Assembly: GCA_964016885.1 (NCBI GenBank)
Contig: OZ024743.1
Coordinates: 106,516,001-106,580,000, forward strand
DNA: 64,000 bases
Source: Eledone cirrhosa
Lineage: Eukaryota
Direction of reading: 5' to 3'
Part shown: piece by piece, positions 43,356 to 59,688 of the stretch
How positions within the stretch are numbered: position 1 is the first letter of the stretch
Layout: every line of letters starts with the position of its first letter
Notes under the pieces: model-generated
Database searches by the model: none
What the model was told of the DNA's origin: nothing
The model's input: only the letters and a program-made list of their open reading frames with translations
Made by a program: the position numbers and the translations under genes

Positions 43356-44548
43356 TGTATGCATAGCATGTTTGGCAATATACCGTATGTTTATTTAAAA
43401 ACATTTTTAAGACCTTGCGATATCATTTTTAATGTAGTGACTATGTCACTTCTTTGTTCGGCAAAAGAATGGAGAGAAGAGGACAGATTCTATTTCACGC
43501 TCTTGGCGATCCTATAGAGGCTGGATTCTTATAGAATTCCAGTAATAATCAGGAACTGATTAAACAGAAGCGGATGGTCTTAAAGATGTTTTTATTTATA
43601 TATATTAATTTATATAAATTTATATATATTAAGAAGGTCTATTTACAATTATTTATTGCTTTTCCGGTTTCACAAGTTTCATGACGTTCAAAAGTTTAGA
43701 CAGATGGGGAGATGTGTGACTATGCCGACTTGTAATTCACATCTAACCGATGTTGGGAATGTCAGTGTTATGCCAAACTATGATCACATTGCTATATGTT
43801 TGAAGTATAATGTAAGAGAAATCACAGGAATAGCCATCGAATGTTTTGGTAATTTCGCGGCACGAATCGGCAGTGTCATGCTTCCTTCACTTTTATGCAG
43901 AATCTCACTCTCCCTCTCTCTATATATATATATATATGTATATATATATAGGTAGACAGTTCCAACTATATATATGTGCTTATATAATAACTACATAACT
44001 ATATACGTTAGTGAGTGAAGAATTAGTGTTCTAACTACACTAACATGTCAATAGTTGAGAACGCATGTCAGAAGCCAATGCGTATATTATATCTAACTAC
44101 TTATATTAGGTATATCCATTATTATAATATCTTGTTAAGTATAATGAATTCAAGTAGACCAATTAGCCAAAGAATATATCCTAACTCGGATAAAATAACT
44201 GCAAGATAAAACAGCCATAATTAAACAATTATAAGACCGAACATAATCGATTAATCACGAAAGGCCATTGATTTTAATATTGAAATACCTTAATATTTAC
44301 GACAATTGCAATATATATTATCTGGTATGATTCTTAGTGCATTCGATGAAATTATTTGCAACAGTTGTATTGATACTTCCTTTTCAGATTTTCCAGACAG
44401 GATGGTTTGACTTTCTTTTACATCATTGTTGCTCAATGGGATAAGTTTAATTCAATTACTGGTGTAAATATAATCGACTTTCCCCAACCATACATTTCTG
44501 GTCTTGGGCTGTAATCAGAAACTTATATTCTTATCAAATCTGAAGTTA

Positions 44549-45620
44549 TACAGGGATGCTGAATTCTTGCACGTCTTTTAACAGCTTTACTCTTTTCAAA
44601 ATTGTTCAGATTATCATTTCTTTTCTGATAAATGATGACAGGCATTGAGTTAACAAAGCAAATACAAGAGAACATCCTGCAATATGTGCTTTAAATGCTG
44701 AATATAATGATGTAGAGATTGCTCACATCCTTTTGTTGTCAAGATTTGCACATGTCTACAGCAATAGGGCTATAATACCCTAAAAGCACACACCCAGATT
44801 TGTACGACAGGTGCAGAAATGTATTGATAAGAAATCAAGAAAATCCTTTACACTACCATTGCTAAGGAATTCTAATGTTTAAGGTATACTTTCAGAGGAA
44901 TTGTGCATGAGGACCTTCGATACAAGTCATATATGATACGGTGTGGCCTATTAAGTCGGCAATCACAAATGATAACCGTCTGATCTGCACAAAGTGCTTG
45001 TTGAGCAAATTGAAATATCAAGTGTCTGGAGTGCTTTGGTTTTTCTCTCAGGAAAAAATCGTTGATCATGACCATATGGTCAGTCAAAGGAATGGCTGAT
45101 GGATATGCAGAGAGCCTAAATACCTTCAAACGGTCAATCACAAAAAAAAGATGCAGCAACTGATGATTCTGGGCTTCGTGATATGTCAAGCCTCCGACCT
45201 GCTTTTCACGGTGTGTAAGGGTCAACGCTTGTGACTATGGGAAGGTGTTGCAATAAACTGTGAGGGCTTGGTTAGTAAGGGTAAGCTAGGGAAGACCGTA
45301 CAAGTACCAACACGATGCTGTGTCATTTAATAAGTACAGGATGACCCAAACATTGATAAGTTACATTATCCACGCTTAGGTCACCCCACATATATGATCT
45401 CTTAATTCGGCACATCATAATCCATTAGACCACTAAATCTAGGAGGGCGTAGTCGAGTGGGATGTTAATTGATCCCTTCTTAACTCCACAAAGACTCTGA
45501 TGTCAGCCATATCTAGCATAATATCCAAAGAAGATAAACATAATCTGATTTGCGCATGTCAAACTTCAGACCTCGTAATCTGTCATCAATGAAAAGTCTC
45601 AACATTTTTCATTGAAATTT
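44549..45620 (+). pseudogene. Old, heavily decayed maT (DD37D) Tc1/mariner transposase, near full length
   Basis: Readable remnants AEYNDVEIAH, VHEDLRYKSYMIR, WF(S).QEK, GRPY.YQHDA, VTPHI*SLNSAHHNPLDH (WPPNSPDLNPLDY), GVVE, LICAC and FIE. TA-CAGGG at the left end. Confidence 0.8.
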
Positions 45621-46989
45621 TGTTTGAGATAAAGCTCTTCTTCCATGAGTATTTCTATATATTTTATGTTTCTTAATTTAATCAAGAATGTAAATGGGAT
45701 TAAAATAATTAAACTAATTGACTAAAACGCCTAATTTTAAATTTTCTATGCACTTACGACACTTCAATGTTTATATATTTAAAGGAAGTAAAAGGAAGCA
45801 TTTAACTACTGGTTTATCTCATAATTTTAGAAGTTATGCATAGATATTTATATATTCAGATAAATATGAATTCCATTTCGGCCTATGTACAAATCGTAAT
45901 TTAAATACAAGCATTTAGGTGATGACAAAATAAAAAGAGAACAAATGTTGAACTCTATATGGACAGAAAACACGTCATTTGAGTTATTAACACGATCATC
46001 TAATGAGCTAGGATAACTCTCCATTCACTGCATCTCTTAGGAGATATGTAGCATAGTTTTGGCAGTGTCATACATATACTATATTTTCCAGGTTTTATAA
46101 TATTTCTGGTCTATACAGGGCCTTCGTTTCTACCAATTATAAATTTCTTATCTGTCTATTATCTACACCGTGTTATTCTTTTCTTATTTTTCTGGTTCCT
46201 GAATAGCATTTTTTTTTCTATGTTTAGCTGTTGAGGTTTAGAAGAAATAATTCAGTTTAAAGACAATCTCTTTATTTACTAACACTTTTTCTTCATTCTG
46301 TCTTGGAAATAATAAATGCTGTCTGTGCCAGATGTTGTTCTGTGTAGTCTGAATTGCATTTCCTGTGTTTGTTTCTACTCGTTTCATGTTTTTCAAACTA
46401 ACTTAATGCCGTTAATATTCGGATTGTGTATTATTTATTTCGCATGTATTCTGTTAAGTTTGTTTCACTTTAGTTAGCGTCAAGTACATCAGAAATATCC
46501 TTTTAATATTTCGTCTTACAATCCATATCCTTCCTAGATATACTGATCTATGTGTATCGCTTCTGTTGCCATCTGTTCCTAGCATGGTTGATTTGATTGT
46601 CCGACTCTGTTGACGTAGACATAATTGTAAATTTGGAGGGATCCTACACCGTATATTAAACCCACATTAAGCTTGGAGCTAAGATGTTTTACAGGTTTCT
46701 TGCAACATTCTTCGAAGATTATGTTCTTTCCACGTGACATTCTCCTGAAAATATTTAAGAAATAAAGAAGCAGTAGCCACGTTATTCCTATCTTCTTCAA
46801 ACTAAGAATATAATCCTGGAAATTCCGTAGTGACATAGAGAGTGTTGTGGCCATTTAAAACCTGGTGACACCTATCCTATATCCATGTCTGTAGAAAGCT
46901 GACTTCTTCCAGAGAAGAGGAGAGAGTGATAGCGAGAATGTAGGAATCAGATATAGAAGAGTTAACGACCCAGTTCGGATCGGTATCCG

Positions 46990-47119
46990 TTTTGTCGTGT
47001 TCAAAATTATGAAAAGCAAAATTGGCCTCGGTGGCATTTGATCTCAGACCGCAAAGATCCGGAACGAATACCAGAAAGTTCCCTATCCGTCATTCTAAAG
47101 ACACGGCCAATTCGCCGCT
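46990..47119 (-). mobile_element. Old diverged SINE fragment
   Basis: aaagcaaa.ttggcctcggtggcatttgatctcagaccgcaaag...gccaattcgccgc. Confidence 0.6.
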
Positions 47120-47979
47120 TAACAAAGGCATTTATGAAATATTTCACGCATTCAAGCCCTATTTAATGTATATATATTTAGCAATGTCTGGTGTAGCACA
47201 CACTCTAGTGTCTTTTTTGTTACGTTTTATCCGTCTGGTTAAATCTCATTAGTGAATTGTTTCCGCGTTCCGTTTTTCTTATTGAATAGATATGATATTC
47301 AGAATTATATTGGCATCAGCTTTTGCTCAACACTATGTCGAAAATGTTATATTAATCTAATTAATTATGTCTACTCCCCATAGACAATTTTCATCAAATA
47401 GATAGTCATCATTACATTGAGAAATGTGTAAAAGAGACTGGCTGCTAACGACGAGTAATCTCAGAGTAAACAACCACTAGATACTAATAACAATGTGCCG
47501 TTGGTTACATCTATCAATATCAATCACTATCTTTCAGAGATTAATTTTGATTACATATATTTTGGAAAGTACTGTTTCTCTCGCTGTGATATGGCTTGGA
47601 GGTAACTCGTGTTTTTTTTTAATCCTTCTTGTAATATATATTATCTTTGACACATTTTCCTTAATAGGAAATATTATTTGCTGTTCATATTTGATCGCTC
47701 TCGTCTTTTATTTTTGTTATTATTTGATGTAGTTTTTACTAAACTGCTATGTTCCTATTGATTGTATTTGTATTACATACTTAAAACTGCATATTTATAT
47801 TTAATATTAAATCACACCTTTCCTTATCATCCAGTGTCCTCTATTATATTAATATTATATTTATAACACAACATATGATAAATGCATTAACCTACATATC
47901 AAACAATATTAGATACATATTCGAAAATATGAATAAGAATGTTCAGGATTATAGCATACTATGTGAAAATGACATCTCT

Positions 47980-48275
47980 GTTGAACTTACAGTCTTATGG
48001 GAAGAAGGGAAGAATAGTGTGGTAATATCTTTGACCGAATGAGTGCCAGATATCAAGGTGAGCTGCAGGATATTATCAGTACACTCAGTATGGAGAATGC
48101 TCAACGCAATTAGTACGACTGGAAGAGAGAAGAAGGCTGCAGTTCGCAGGATGGAGGATGTAGCAGAGAGGGTCTCTAGTTGAATTTGGGACAGGAAGGA
48201 GGAGATAATATGGAAGCCATGAGGTGACGTTGAGCAGTAAATTAGCCAACTCTGTTGACCCACCAGCGCTAAAGT
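47980..48275 (+). mobile_element. 3' end of a HERO-type non-LTR retrotransposon (restriction-like endonuclease domain), decayed
   Basis: VELTVLWEE ... IKVSCRI..SVWRML.AI..TGREKKAAVR...AERVSS*IWDRK, matching the IELTVPWE...VEVGCRG...AE.AS.WIW pattern. Confidence 0.75.
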
Positions 48276-50101
48276 GTTACACGGTTCTTATATATTTGAT
48301 ATATATTTATCCTTATCGATCCCTCTCTGGATTTTAGTCTTCAAATTTATTATTATTACTATATATATATATATATATATATATGGTGGTGTATTTGTAT
48401 GCGTGTGTGTGTATTTGTGTATGTATATGTTGGTATATATCAAGCAGCAGCCTAGAAGCATTTTGACCTTTCATGTAATGATATATAATGACATGCTTCC
48501 ACCTAATAGCAAATCTTACGCGCATCGGTTATTGTTTTGTAATATATGACTAATTTCTGAAGTTGTTTGCGTGGATTTAGGAAGCAAGCATTTTTATAAC
48601 ATATATAATGAATGTTTACACACCAACTGAATCATGATAATAAAACCCAAGTTGATATACAGTATACAGCATTGCATGGTGTTAATAAATGACACTGTTT
48701 GCAATGTCTATGGTGAGCCAAGAATGATCTCTTTGATATAATCGGGAGGAAATTAAAGATTTAATTAAATCATAATTCATGCCATTAAATATTTGTGAAT
48801 CTAACAGCTTCATTAACCATAAGGTTATCTGACTTTACTTTGACTGATCAGCTTCTTTATAATAATAATAAAAATATTTTTTAAACAATAAGGAAAAAAT
48901 TAATTTTTATTTGTTATGGCCGTAATTTCTTACATAGCTTATTTTGAATACGTTTGCTATGCAGTAGATTGCTATGTTGTTTTATTAATTTTGTATAGAT
49001 CGTTTTGTGTGTTAACAAAGCAGATCATAATATTCAATGTTGAATAGTAATTATTAAACCCTATTTTTCCAAAATGGTCTGTCGTATCTTGATAAAACCA
49101 TAATACATATTTTGAAGGTGATCTCACAATTAATTCTTTCAAGTCGGACGACGGCGCAAACATTTCTTCACGGCCCGTACTCTTATTGTTCACCTATATA
49201 GGTGGCAATGACGGAACGAAAATTGTGTTGGTTGGAACAATTATTTTTCAAGATGTCTTTCACTCAACCTTCAATTACAATCCATGATGGGTGACTCTCT
49301 TCTCCGGGGCGCTGCTAATTTAAATCACTTCTGCTTTTGACGTTAATTGGCTTATGGTAATCTAATGAAGTATGTGAGAATTTCAATAAGAACTATAAAT
49401 CGCATCGGGGTAGTTTTATGAGAAATATCAACGATAACTAGTAGTTTCTATTATAAGACTTTGGAAAACGGTTTCGACTAAAACTATGTAGTCCGTTCAT
49501 TTTAGATATGGTTTAAAAGATGTTTAGAAAATGTCCACATAGCATCGAATCCTACTCATGGATTAAATAAATATCTGAGACAGTGTGACCCTATCTGGTC
49601 ATATTCTGACCCTAGTTTGATTTTTGCATAGAAATATTTCGCTATATATACAAGGCATTATCGATCATTATAAGACGTGATAACATTTTAATGTATTTCA
49701 GCAAATCATCGCTAACGTTATTTCTATTTAAGAAGTAATTAATCAATATAGTTTCGTGTTCTTTAGGATTCACATTTGTTTGAGACTATGGAGTTGGGTT
49801 ACAGTCTATGGGGTAAGATCAATGCTTTGTTGCCGCAGTTCAAATCTATGTTGCATTTCTGACAAAGTTCATTGGAAAATAAAATAAATATTCAATTAGC
49901 AGCATGGCCTTTATCTCACTGGAAAGTTAATATGACTAAGCCATTTATTATTTCTATTATAACTTTGATATTTCGGAATGCAAGATGGATATTTTATTAT
50001 ACGTCTTACTGGTCAAATGCTCTAATTCATAGACATAGTTAATGTAATTACAGTTTGAATACACAGACACACACAGCGAAACATATGTATATATATATAT
50101 A

Positions 50102-50772
50102 TTGGTAAAAGGAAAAGAAAATGGTGACAAATTGTTCCCAGTGAAAAATAGTTTAATTAGGAATAAGTAAAAATTAGTGTATTGGTTAGTATTCAGTTTT
50201 GGTTTTTAAGTTTTACCGTTTGCGTATTTCTAAAGCTTTTCAAAAATAATTTTGATATTTTTGATATTTTTGATGTTCAAACTTCCAATAGGGCTTAATT
50301 TCTGTGTAATAGAAAATAGATATGTGTATTGTAATATGTGTGTGTGTGTGTGCGCGCACATATATACATGTATATATTGTACCTTTTGATTTTTAATTTG
50401 GAATTTTAATGTTGGTATAGATATATTATTATTATAATGTATTATACTGTGTTATATATAATTCCTGCTCTATATAACAAAATTTGTTTAGATTTAAGTT
50501 GGTGACTTTGGACTATATTTGTAATATGGTTCTTAATGTTATCTACATCCTTAGTTATTATAATTTTATTATTTTTATCTTCATTTTTATTATCATATAT
50601 CTTTGTAAGACATTAGTGTATGTAAACTCCATATTCTTCAGAGTTTCTGGCTTGTATCTGCCGAAATTACCTCTTGTTGTTTTGATTGCCCTGATGAGTG
50701 CTTAATAGGACGAAACATTGTCGGCTAATAAAAACTTTTGATGTATTAAAGGATTCTTTGTTTTACTCTCTT

Positions 50773-50775
<3 letters not shown>
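50102..50775. mobile_element. Family F fragment (50102-50270) fused to a family I copy (50290-50775) with a hammerhead at 50685-50729 (+)
   Basis: ATTGCC-CTGATGA-GTGCT taat AGGAC-GAAACATTGTC^GGCTAAT. The body is the reverse complement of 40506-41000. Confidence 0.75.
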
Positions 50776-50858
<83 letters not shown>

Positions 50859-50870
50859 TATATATAAGTA

Positions 50871-50930
<60 letters not shown>

Positions 50931-51003
50931 CATATATGTATATATATACAGTATTTTCCGTTGTGTTGTAATATAAATATTACACACAGTAGATTATCAG
51001 CTC

Positions 51004-51127
<124 letters not shown>

Positions 51128-51634
51128 TTATATATATATATATATGTATATATATACATATATATATATGTATATATACATATATATATATACGTATGTG
51201 TGATTGTGTATGTCTTTTGAAAAGTATATTAGAATATTTCTATTCGCGATTTCGTTATGCAGAGGGTGATGATTTTCTGCGAGTTGCACATCATTCTGCT
51301 CTAGAATATACAACTTATCATGGTTTTTGCTGCTGCGTATTTTAAGTTATTGAGATTGCTTATCTACTACGAAAATAAACAATGTACAATTATTAATTTC
51401 AGGTTAATTTATTGAAGTAGTCAAATTTATCTGCGAGGGTATTACAATGCGGTGGTTGCTCCGGTGCTGATAAACTATCTGAAAGACTTTACAAGCAAAC
51501 TGACGTCACTTTACAATAGCCCGAATACAATGCGTGGGTGTTTGTGTTTTGTGGATCGTGCATGTTAGTAAATCAAGTATTCTGTTAACAATATTAATGT
51601 ATGTTTACTAATCATATTATTATAAGTTGCTGAC

Positions 51635-52056
51635 CAGGGCCGAATTTAAAGGGAGGTAAATGGGAAAGTTTCCCCGACTACCGACCTACTCGAACTGGGT
51701 ACTCCAATAGTGACGGCTATAGCAATATATTTGTGACCTCTCGTGGGCTTTTTACGTTTATCCCTTTAACAACAACAATTATATTTTTAACAAATATGTA
51801 ATATCCTTAATGTGGCAAAATTCATCAAATGTCTGGGCTCAAACTGTAACAAAGCAACCAACACATACAAGTGCGGGAAGTGGACGTAAAGTGAGGATGT
51901 TTAGATTTTTTAGTATTTGATACTAATTTCCAATTACTTTCGCTAAACTGACATTTATATGTACAATTATGGGTTTGCTGTTTATTCGAATTGTTCATGT
52001 ATATCGGGCCACGCAAACCTGAAGCCACCTCCTATCAAGGTCTAAATCTGCCTCTG
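51635..52056. mobile_element. Possible old hAT-type MITE
   Basis: Imperfect TIRs CAGGGCCGAATTTA / TAAATCTGCCTCTG. TSD not convincing. Confidence 0.3.
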
Positions 52057-52472
52057 TGACTAACCATAATATGACTTAACACTTATTCATGACAGTAGTT
52101 CCACTGAATGTGGCGACTGTGTATTTTAATATTCATGTATAATATCATATCAAATAAGTATGGATTCTAGAATTTCAAGCGTGCTAATGGCTTCCGATCA
52201 TAACACATATTTCAATAACCCGAGTTTTATTCCATAAATACGAGAATTACGAACCAACTGATGAGAAAATCGTATAGCTAAAACGATTATATTTTCATTT
52301 TTATGATTCCATTTACATATTTACGTTAGTAGATTAGGAGAGCTGTTAGAAAATGGGAGAACATGATATACAGTACCATTTAATTACTAAGTTTGCTATA
52401 AACGCATTGCCCTTTCCCCCGAGCTGCTTGCCTGGTGGCTATATTAGAAGTAAAGATTTCATTTAAAATGTA

Positions 52473-52868
52473 GGGCGGAGTATTGGCAGTATCGCTTTAT
52501 TTCGGCTTTTTTACATTCTACATTCTACATTCACCGGAGATCAACTTTGCATTTCATCAATGGAAGGTCAATGGAATTAGGACACCTCAATTACTAGTGT
52601 CAATCACATCAATTCTCCCACGCCAGAAAATCAATTGTCTCTTGCATAATTTAGAAATCATTATTTCATTTCATCTAGGTGGTGGATTGGCAGTATCACT
52701 AGAGGGTCGCACGCCATGATTTGACGCAAAGAGTTACGTCCCTTTACGATCTGAGTTCAAATCCCGCCGAGGTTAACTTCGCCTTTCATCCTTACGGGGT
52801 CGATAAATTAAAGTACCAGTAATGTACTGGGTAATTGCTGGCCTTGTACCAAAAGTAGAAACAATTAT
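52473..52868 (+). mobile_element. Old degraded SINE (52473-52665) followed by a younger SINE copy (52678-52868)
   Basis: Same SINE family motifs. Further degraded copies lie near 44400-44525 and 58770-58940. Confidence 0.8.
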
Positions 52869-54034
52869 TTCATTTCATGTAAATTTACTTTTAGAAATAG
52901 TGAACAATATCATCATAAGTATGCGTTTTATGACTAGATATTACTGATTTTTAATAAAGAGCAGGGTATTAAATCTATATGTATAACCGGAAATGAAAAT
53001 TGAAATATTTTGGTAGCGATGGGTTGGGTGGCTATAAAAATAGATGCAGGAAATTGAACATATGCTTTATGGAGAAGATTTCTTTTTTTCTTTCCAGAAG
53101 CTTCTCAATGACAACTTTAATTGACAATATGTTATTTTGAATTAAGAATCGTTCGAATGAGAAAATATAATCGTGAATCTTGTCTTGGTTACGCAGAAAA
53201 AAGCAAAACAGTTAAATCATCTGTACTCCAACGTAAAAAAGTTACATTATGTTCGATTTATATCGATTATCCGAGTATAAAATATAAGACTATCATTTCC
53301 CTCGCGCTGCATTACTTACTCATATGAATTTCCGAGCATTCTGAGGTATGAATTCGTATTAATTACAAATCTTATATGATTGAGTAAGCAGCGACCGGAT
53401 TCGTTGCATTTCTCTTTGGAAAACTTCGGACAACATTATAAAAACATATTTAATAATCTACTGTTGATTTAAATCCTTTAATATCTTGTCGTGAAGTGGA
53501 TTTTTATGATGATATTGTTCATTATTAAATAAAATAATGTTTTCTAATTTATATAGAAGCCCAGCAATTTTCTGATTTCCACATGTTTATGGAGGGGCCT
53601 ATACCGTTGATGGTACTCACTGTATCCTTGAAAACATGGTTTCAGCGAGATTAGGTGGTGAGTGAAATTGTTTTTGTGGTAAGTGTTATCGCGTAAGGAT
53701 TCCTCGGGAAATCTGCTCAAATTAGAGCGTCATTTATGTATATGTGTCTGTGACTTGAACAATGAAATTAAAAACGAAATTAGGAGCTATGTGGTTAATT
53801 AGTACTATATTGTTTTACGATCATTTCAGAGGTTTGATTGCTCAGAGGAAATCGAAATATTGACTAGTAAAAAAGTGTGAGATAGTGAAAGACAGTGACA
53901 TATAACAATGCTGCAAAAAAGCACAAGCATAACCAATCTAATAAATGTGAATGACAAGAAGAATGGTATTGTGTGGAAACCGAATAAATAAATATGCAAA
54001 TAAAAATTATATATATATATACATTTATATATAA

Positions 54035-54112
<78 letters not shown>

Positions 54113-54118
<6 letters not shown>

Positions 54119-54602
54119 TTTAATTAGGAATAAGTATTAATTAGTAATAAGTATTAGTTAGTATTCAGTTTTAGTTTTAAGTTTTTACTGGTTGCGCATT
54201 TCTTGTGCTTTTCAAAAATAGTTTTGAGATAGAGCGCTCGTGATTTTTGCTCTAATCTGATCAGTTTTAGAAATTCTTCCTGTTTTATGTGAAAAAAGTG
54301 GCTTGGGAGATATTAAGATTCGGTTGGTTGTTGAATGTCACGTGAATAAGCGCTATACATTTCGCGCCAATTCGTGTTGCAATAATTTCTTGTAGTCAAA
54401 ACAATTTTGATTGGTCGGTAGAAGTCACGTGAATGTTTAAATTGATTTCAGCGCGAGCTGGTTTCGCGAAAGCGCAACCGGTAAAACCTTAAAACTAAAA
54501 CTAAATACTAACTAATACGTATTACTAATTTATACTTATTCCTAATTAAACTATTTTACAGTGGGAAAAATGTGTCAGTATTTTCTTTTCCTTTTTACTA
54601 AT
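54113..54602. mobile_element. Family F fold-back cassette, related to family D
   Basis: Arms ~54113-54197 / ~54472-54556. Minus strand at ~54183-54217 reads TTGAAAA-GCA caagaaa TGC-GCAACCAGTA. Confidence 0.7.
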
Positions 54603-54625
54603 ATATCACAACTCGTGTGTCACAC

Positions 54626-54742
<117 letters not shown>

Positions 54743-54746
54743 TATA

Positions 54747-54825
<79 letters not shown>

Positions 54826-54832
54826 ATATATA

Positions 54833-55486
<654 letters not shown>

Positions 55487-55514
55487 GTATATATATGTAT
55501 ATATGTATATATGT

Positions 55515-55571
<57 letters not shown>

Positions 55572-55870
55572 AAGAGGGTGTTAAAGTTTGCTTGAAGCAT
55601 TGTGAAATGTGTAAAATACGTAAACAGGAATGTTTTAACGACATCACAACTTTCTCCAGCTTAGCCTGTTCCCCCCCTTTTTGGAACTTTCCCCCGTTGA
55701 TGGGCGTGAGCCCGAAATATTGGGATTAAATCTCCACTACGGTAACCCTTCTACCTTTGTTTTGTTTTCATTTGTCTCTCTCAACTTTCACTTTCTCCTA
55801 TTTCACGTATTTTATCATTCACTTCCTACCTCGAGATTTCCCTCTGCATTTTTGTGGCTTTCTAAACTAC

Positions 55871-55933
<63 letters not shown>

Positions 55934-55952
55934 TGTATATATATGTCTTTAA

Positions 55953-56008
<56 letters not shown>

Positions 56009-56285
56009 ATCTATATAGAATCCATTGATCTTACACAAGTTTCTAAATAACTTGATATAATTTCACCCACCATGTTGAGATGTTACAATGAAACGATTCG
56101 TTTGGGAAATGATATCTTTAATATATATCATATAAAATAATACAACCAATTATCCCCACAATACAATATAGTTAGCACTCCAAACGTTTAATTCGGAATA
56201 TACTCCGGCATTTCCTAATGTTTGTTGAGTGAGTTGGAAACTGGTCGGAGTATCCCTAATAGCCTTCTCCGTCTATGTAATTATG

Positions 56286-56360
<75 letters not shown>

Positions 56361-56363
<3 letters not shown>

Positions 56364-56525
56364 AACAAAAGATGGTTAAAATAGTTCCATGTATTTTACT
56401 ATGCGCATTTCAAAAACTAATATCATCATGCAATAATATTTGTGTTTTCATCAGATAAAACAGGAAGACATGATATGAAGGTTAAAAAACACTTGTGGAT
56501 AGTGCAGTTTTAAATCAACATATCA
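56361..56525 (-). mobile_element. Family C single-arm copy with hammerhead at 56394-56460
   Basis: Highly similar to 7615-7780 and embedded in (TA)n. Confidence 0.75.
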
Positions 56526-57140
56526 ACATATATATATATATCAGATCAATAATTTGTGGTCTTTAATTTATGTATATACATATATACAACATGCTTCCGA
56601 TTAAACAGATAGTTTTCGCAAAATCAAATATATGCAAAATGGTCAAGTGATGATACGATCTATGTGAATTTAACACGAATAATGAGAAAATATAACATTT
56701 GTCAAGCTGATCTTACTTCACATCACAACCCAATTTATGTTCAGACCTGGCTTACCTCTTCTTTGACGTGACGTCAGGCAGTACTAGGGACTTTATTGTT
56801 ATCTTTACTTGCCACTAGCAACGGAGAGAGCTTAAGACACCATGTTTTGTCTTTTCTTAACAGAGAGATGACCTATCGCTGATGAAATGGCCCCACGCCG
56901 AATTACTTAATACGTGCCATCGTTACCCAATATTCTGCACATGGTTGCACCTTTCGGTGCAGGACCAGCATTTAACAGTAGAAACATCTTACCCAAACGA
57001 ATTCGTTCCCCCGCTGTTTAACGAAATTGTGCACTCGGGGCAGCCGGGTTCGAATTTCAAAAATACGAAATTAGTTTTCCATTGAGTGAGTGAGGCAACG
57101 GCCGGAGCTAAACCCATTCTATTCGATTTATTTCGTTTCC

Positions 57141-57243
<103 letters not shown>

Positions 57244-57260
57244 GTGTGATGTGGGGGGCC

Positions 57261-57309
<49 letters not shown>

Positions 57310-57776
57310 TTGTGTGCTTGTGTCTGTGTCTGTGTGTGTCTGTGTTTATTACAGTATCTAATTAAAGCAAGCCCAAAGTCTTAATGAACATATCATGCAA
57401 TAAGTGAGACAGGTAGGTATTTAGGGAGAAACATTGTCCGTTATTTCATGAGATTAATTCTATATTTAAATACAGCTACGCCAAGTAAGTGCACTCATAC
57501 CACATACGACAAAGGAAACAAACAGAGAAACACACGTGCGTCTAGCAGAAGTAAAACAGAGACAGAAAAATCTACGAAACAATATTACAATGACAAAATC
57601 AAAGAAAGGATCCAGTTTAATACATCTAATGGCATTGTGTCAACAGTAATTAATCAGTATGGAAGCCAACAAATTTTAGTTTGTTTCTCTCAGATTGAGA
57701 TAGTGTTAAACAATACTTTACAGAATGTGTTCACGTAAAAGACAAATGTAAACACTCACACACACACAATACACAC

Positions 57777-57868
<92 letters not shown>

Positions 57869-58074
57869 GCACTCACACACATACACACAGACACACACAC
57901 ACGAGCGCGCGCGTATGTATAGCTAGCCTGAAATATAACAGACATGATTCGTAAAAAATAATGGCCAGATAATGTATTAGTATAATACGAATAACATTGG
58001 AAACAATAATGCAATAAAATGTATACAGGTATATATGTGATAGAATCTAAGTGTGTATCTGGAATGGGTGCAGT

Positions 58075-58111
<37 letters not shown>

Positions 58112-58145
58112 GTGTGTGTGTGTGTGTGCATGTGTGTGTATGTAT

Positions 58146-58177
<32 letters not shown>

Positions 58178-59688
58178 GTAATGTTGTGCGTCTTAGAGAG
58201 CGTGTCTGTGCATGCGTATGTGTGAATTTGATAATACAATTATTATGTTTTCCTTTTTGGCTTTATACATTATAGAATGTCCTTCAAGATTTTCCAGTCT
58301 CGGTTTTTGACATTACTTCTACTTGTAATTTGATTATATTGTTTACAATGTACCATCTCTAATCTTTTCTATCTTTGTATATCCAATTCAATCACTTCCT
58401 AATTAGTAAGTGCCTCGCTTGGCTGAGTCGAATATTATAAGGCAAGTCTCGGTTATGTCGTTGTTTCGTAACTTGGTTAAACTATGCCGTGTATAAAGAT
58501 CGGCCTAATACATATCTACACACTGAATGTATTAATTAAATGTAATTATGTTATAAATCTATAAAATGTTTGATCATGCTAAATTCACAATTTACCCTAC
58601 AAATTTACATTTGGTCTCGTAGTAGGGGCCTGCATGACGTCATACTGAGCATCGAACATTCACCCCCAGCCCATTTAAATCATGTGCAATGTATCTCGCA
58701 TCCGTCCTTTTGTTATATAAGACAATCGTTTGTTATATTCACTTATTATTCTTGTGAAGAGCTATAGGCTTGTGGAATCATTAGTGAGTTTAGTTACGAC
58801 ACTTTATGTTCTGAGTTCAAATCATGGCAATTTCAACTTTGACTTCCATCTTTCCAGTACAGGTCATCTGCTGATTTGATATAATCGATGTAACCCTCCT
58901 CACAAATGTGCACTCATATTTTCTAAGTTAGGAAATGTTAACTTATCCGCTGAACTTACAAGTTGACTATTGCAAAAACTGAACATTCCCCTTCACATAC
59001 ACTGCCTTGCCGTTGCTTTTCTTCTCGATACTATTCAACTTTACGTACCCCAAAATTCGCTTACAAGATCCTATCTTTACTACCAACGATATTTCATAGG
59101 CATCAATCAGGATAGCCTAAGCTGAGCCAAATTCAATTGAAATATTTCTAGTTGTGGCTCTCTTTCATAGCAAATGGACATTGCGCCTTACTTTCACAGA
59201 AATATATATAAGAAATCAGAGTAACAATTTATCAAGTGTCTCCGTATAGATAGTTGATATATATTACTAGTAATTTGACATCCTATGAGAAAAAGGTGGA
59301 AGTGATACATATAAGAATGAAGGATGCAGAAATAAATAAAAAGAAACCCATGCATAGCATAAAGAAAAGTATATTTTTAAAATGCATCACTGATAAATGT
59401 TTACAAGAAGTGAAATGATATGAAAGAATGGAGGGTAAGAGTGACAGACAATGGGAATAACTGTTTCAGATAAGAACGGGGACACAAAGCATGACAATAG
59501 AGGTAATAATATACAAACGAATACAAATACTGTAATAGGATATGCGAAAGGTATAAATAAAAAGAATATACTTTCTGAGAAAGTGGATATACAGTATAGA
59601 AGGTGAGGAAATAAAGTACGGGACGTGTATATATGTTAATGTGAGGTATTGTCAAGAAAAGGATTTGCAGACACACACACAATGTAGT

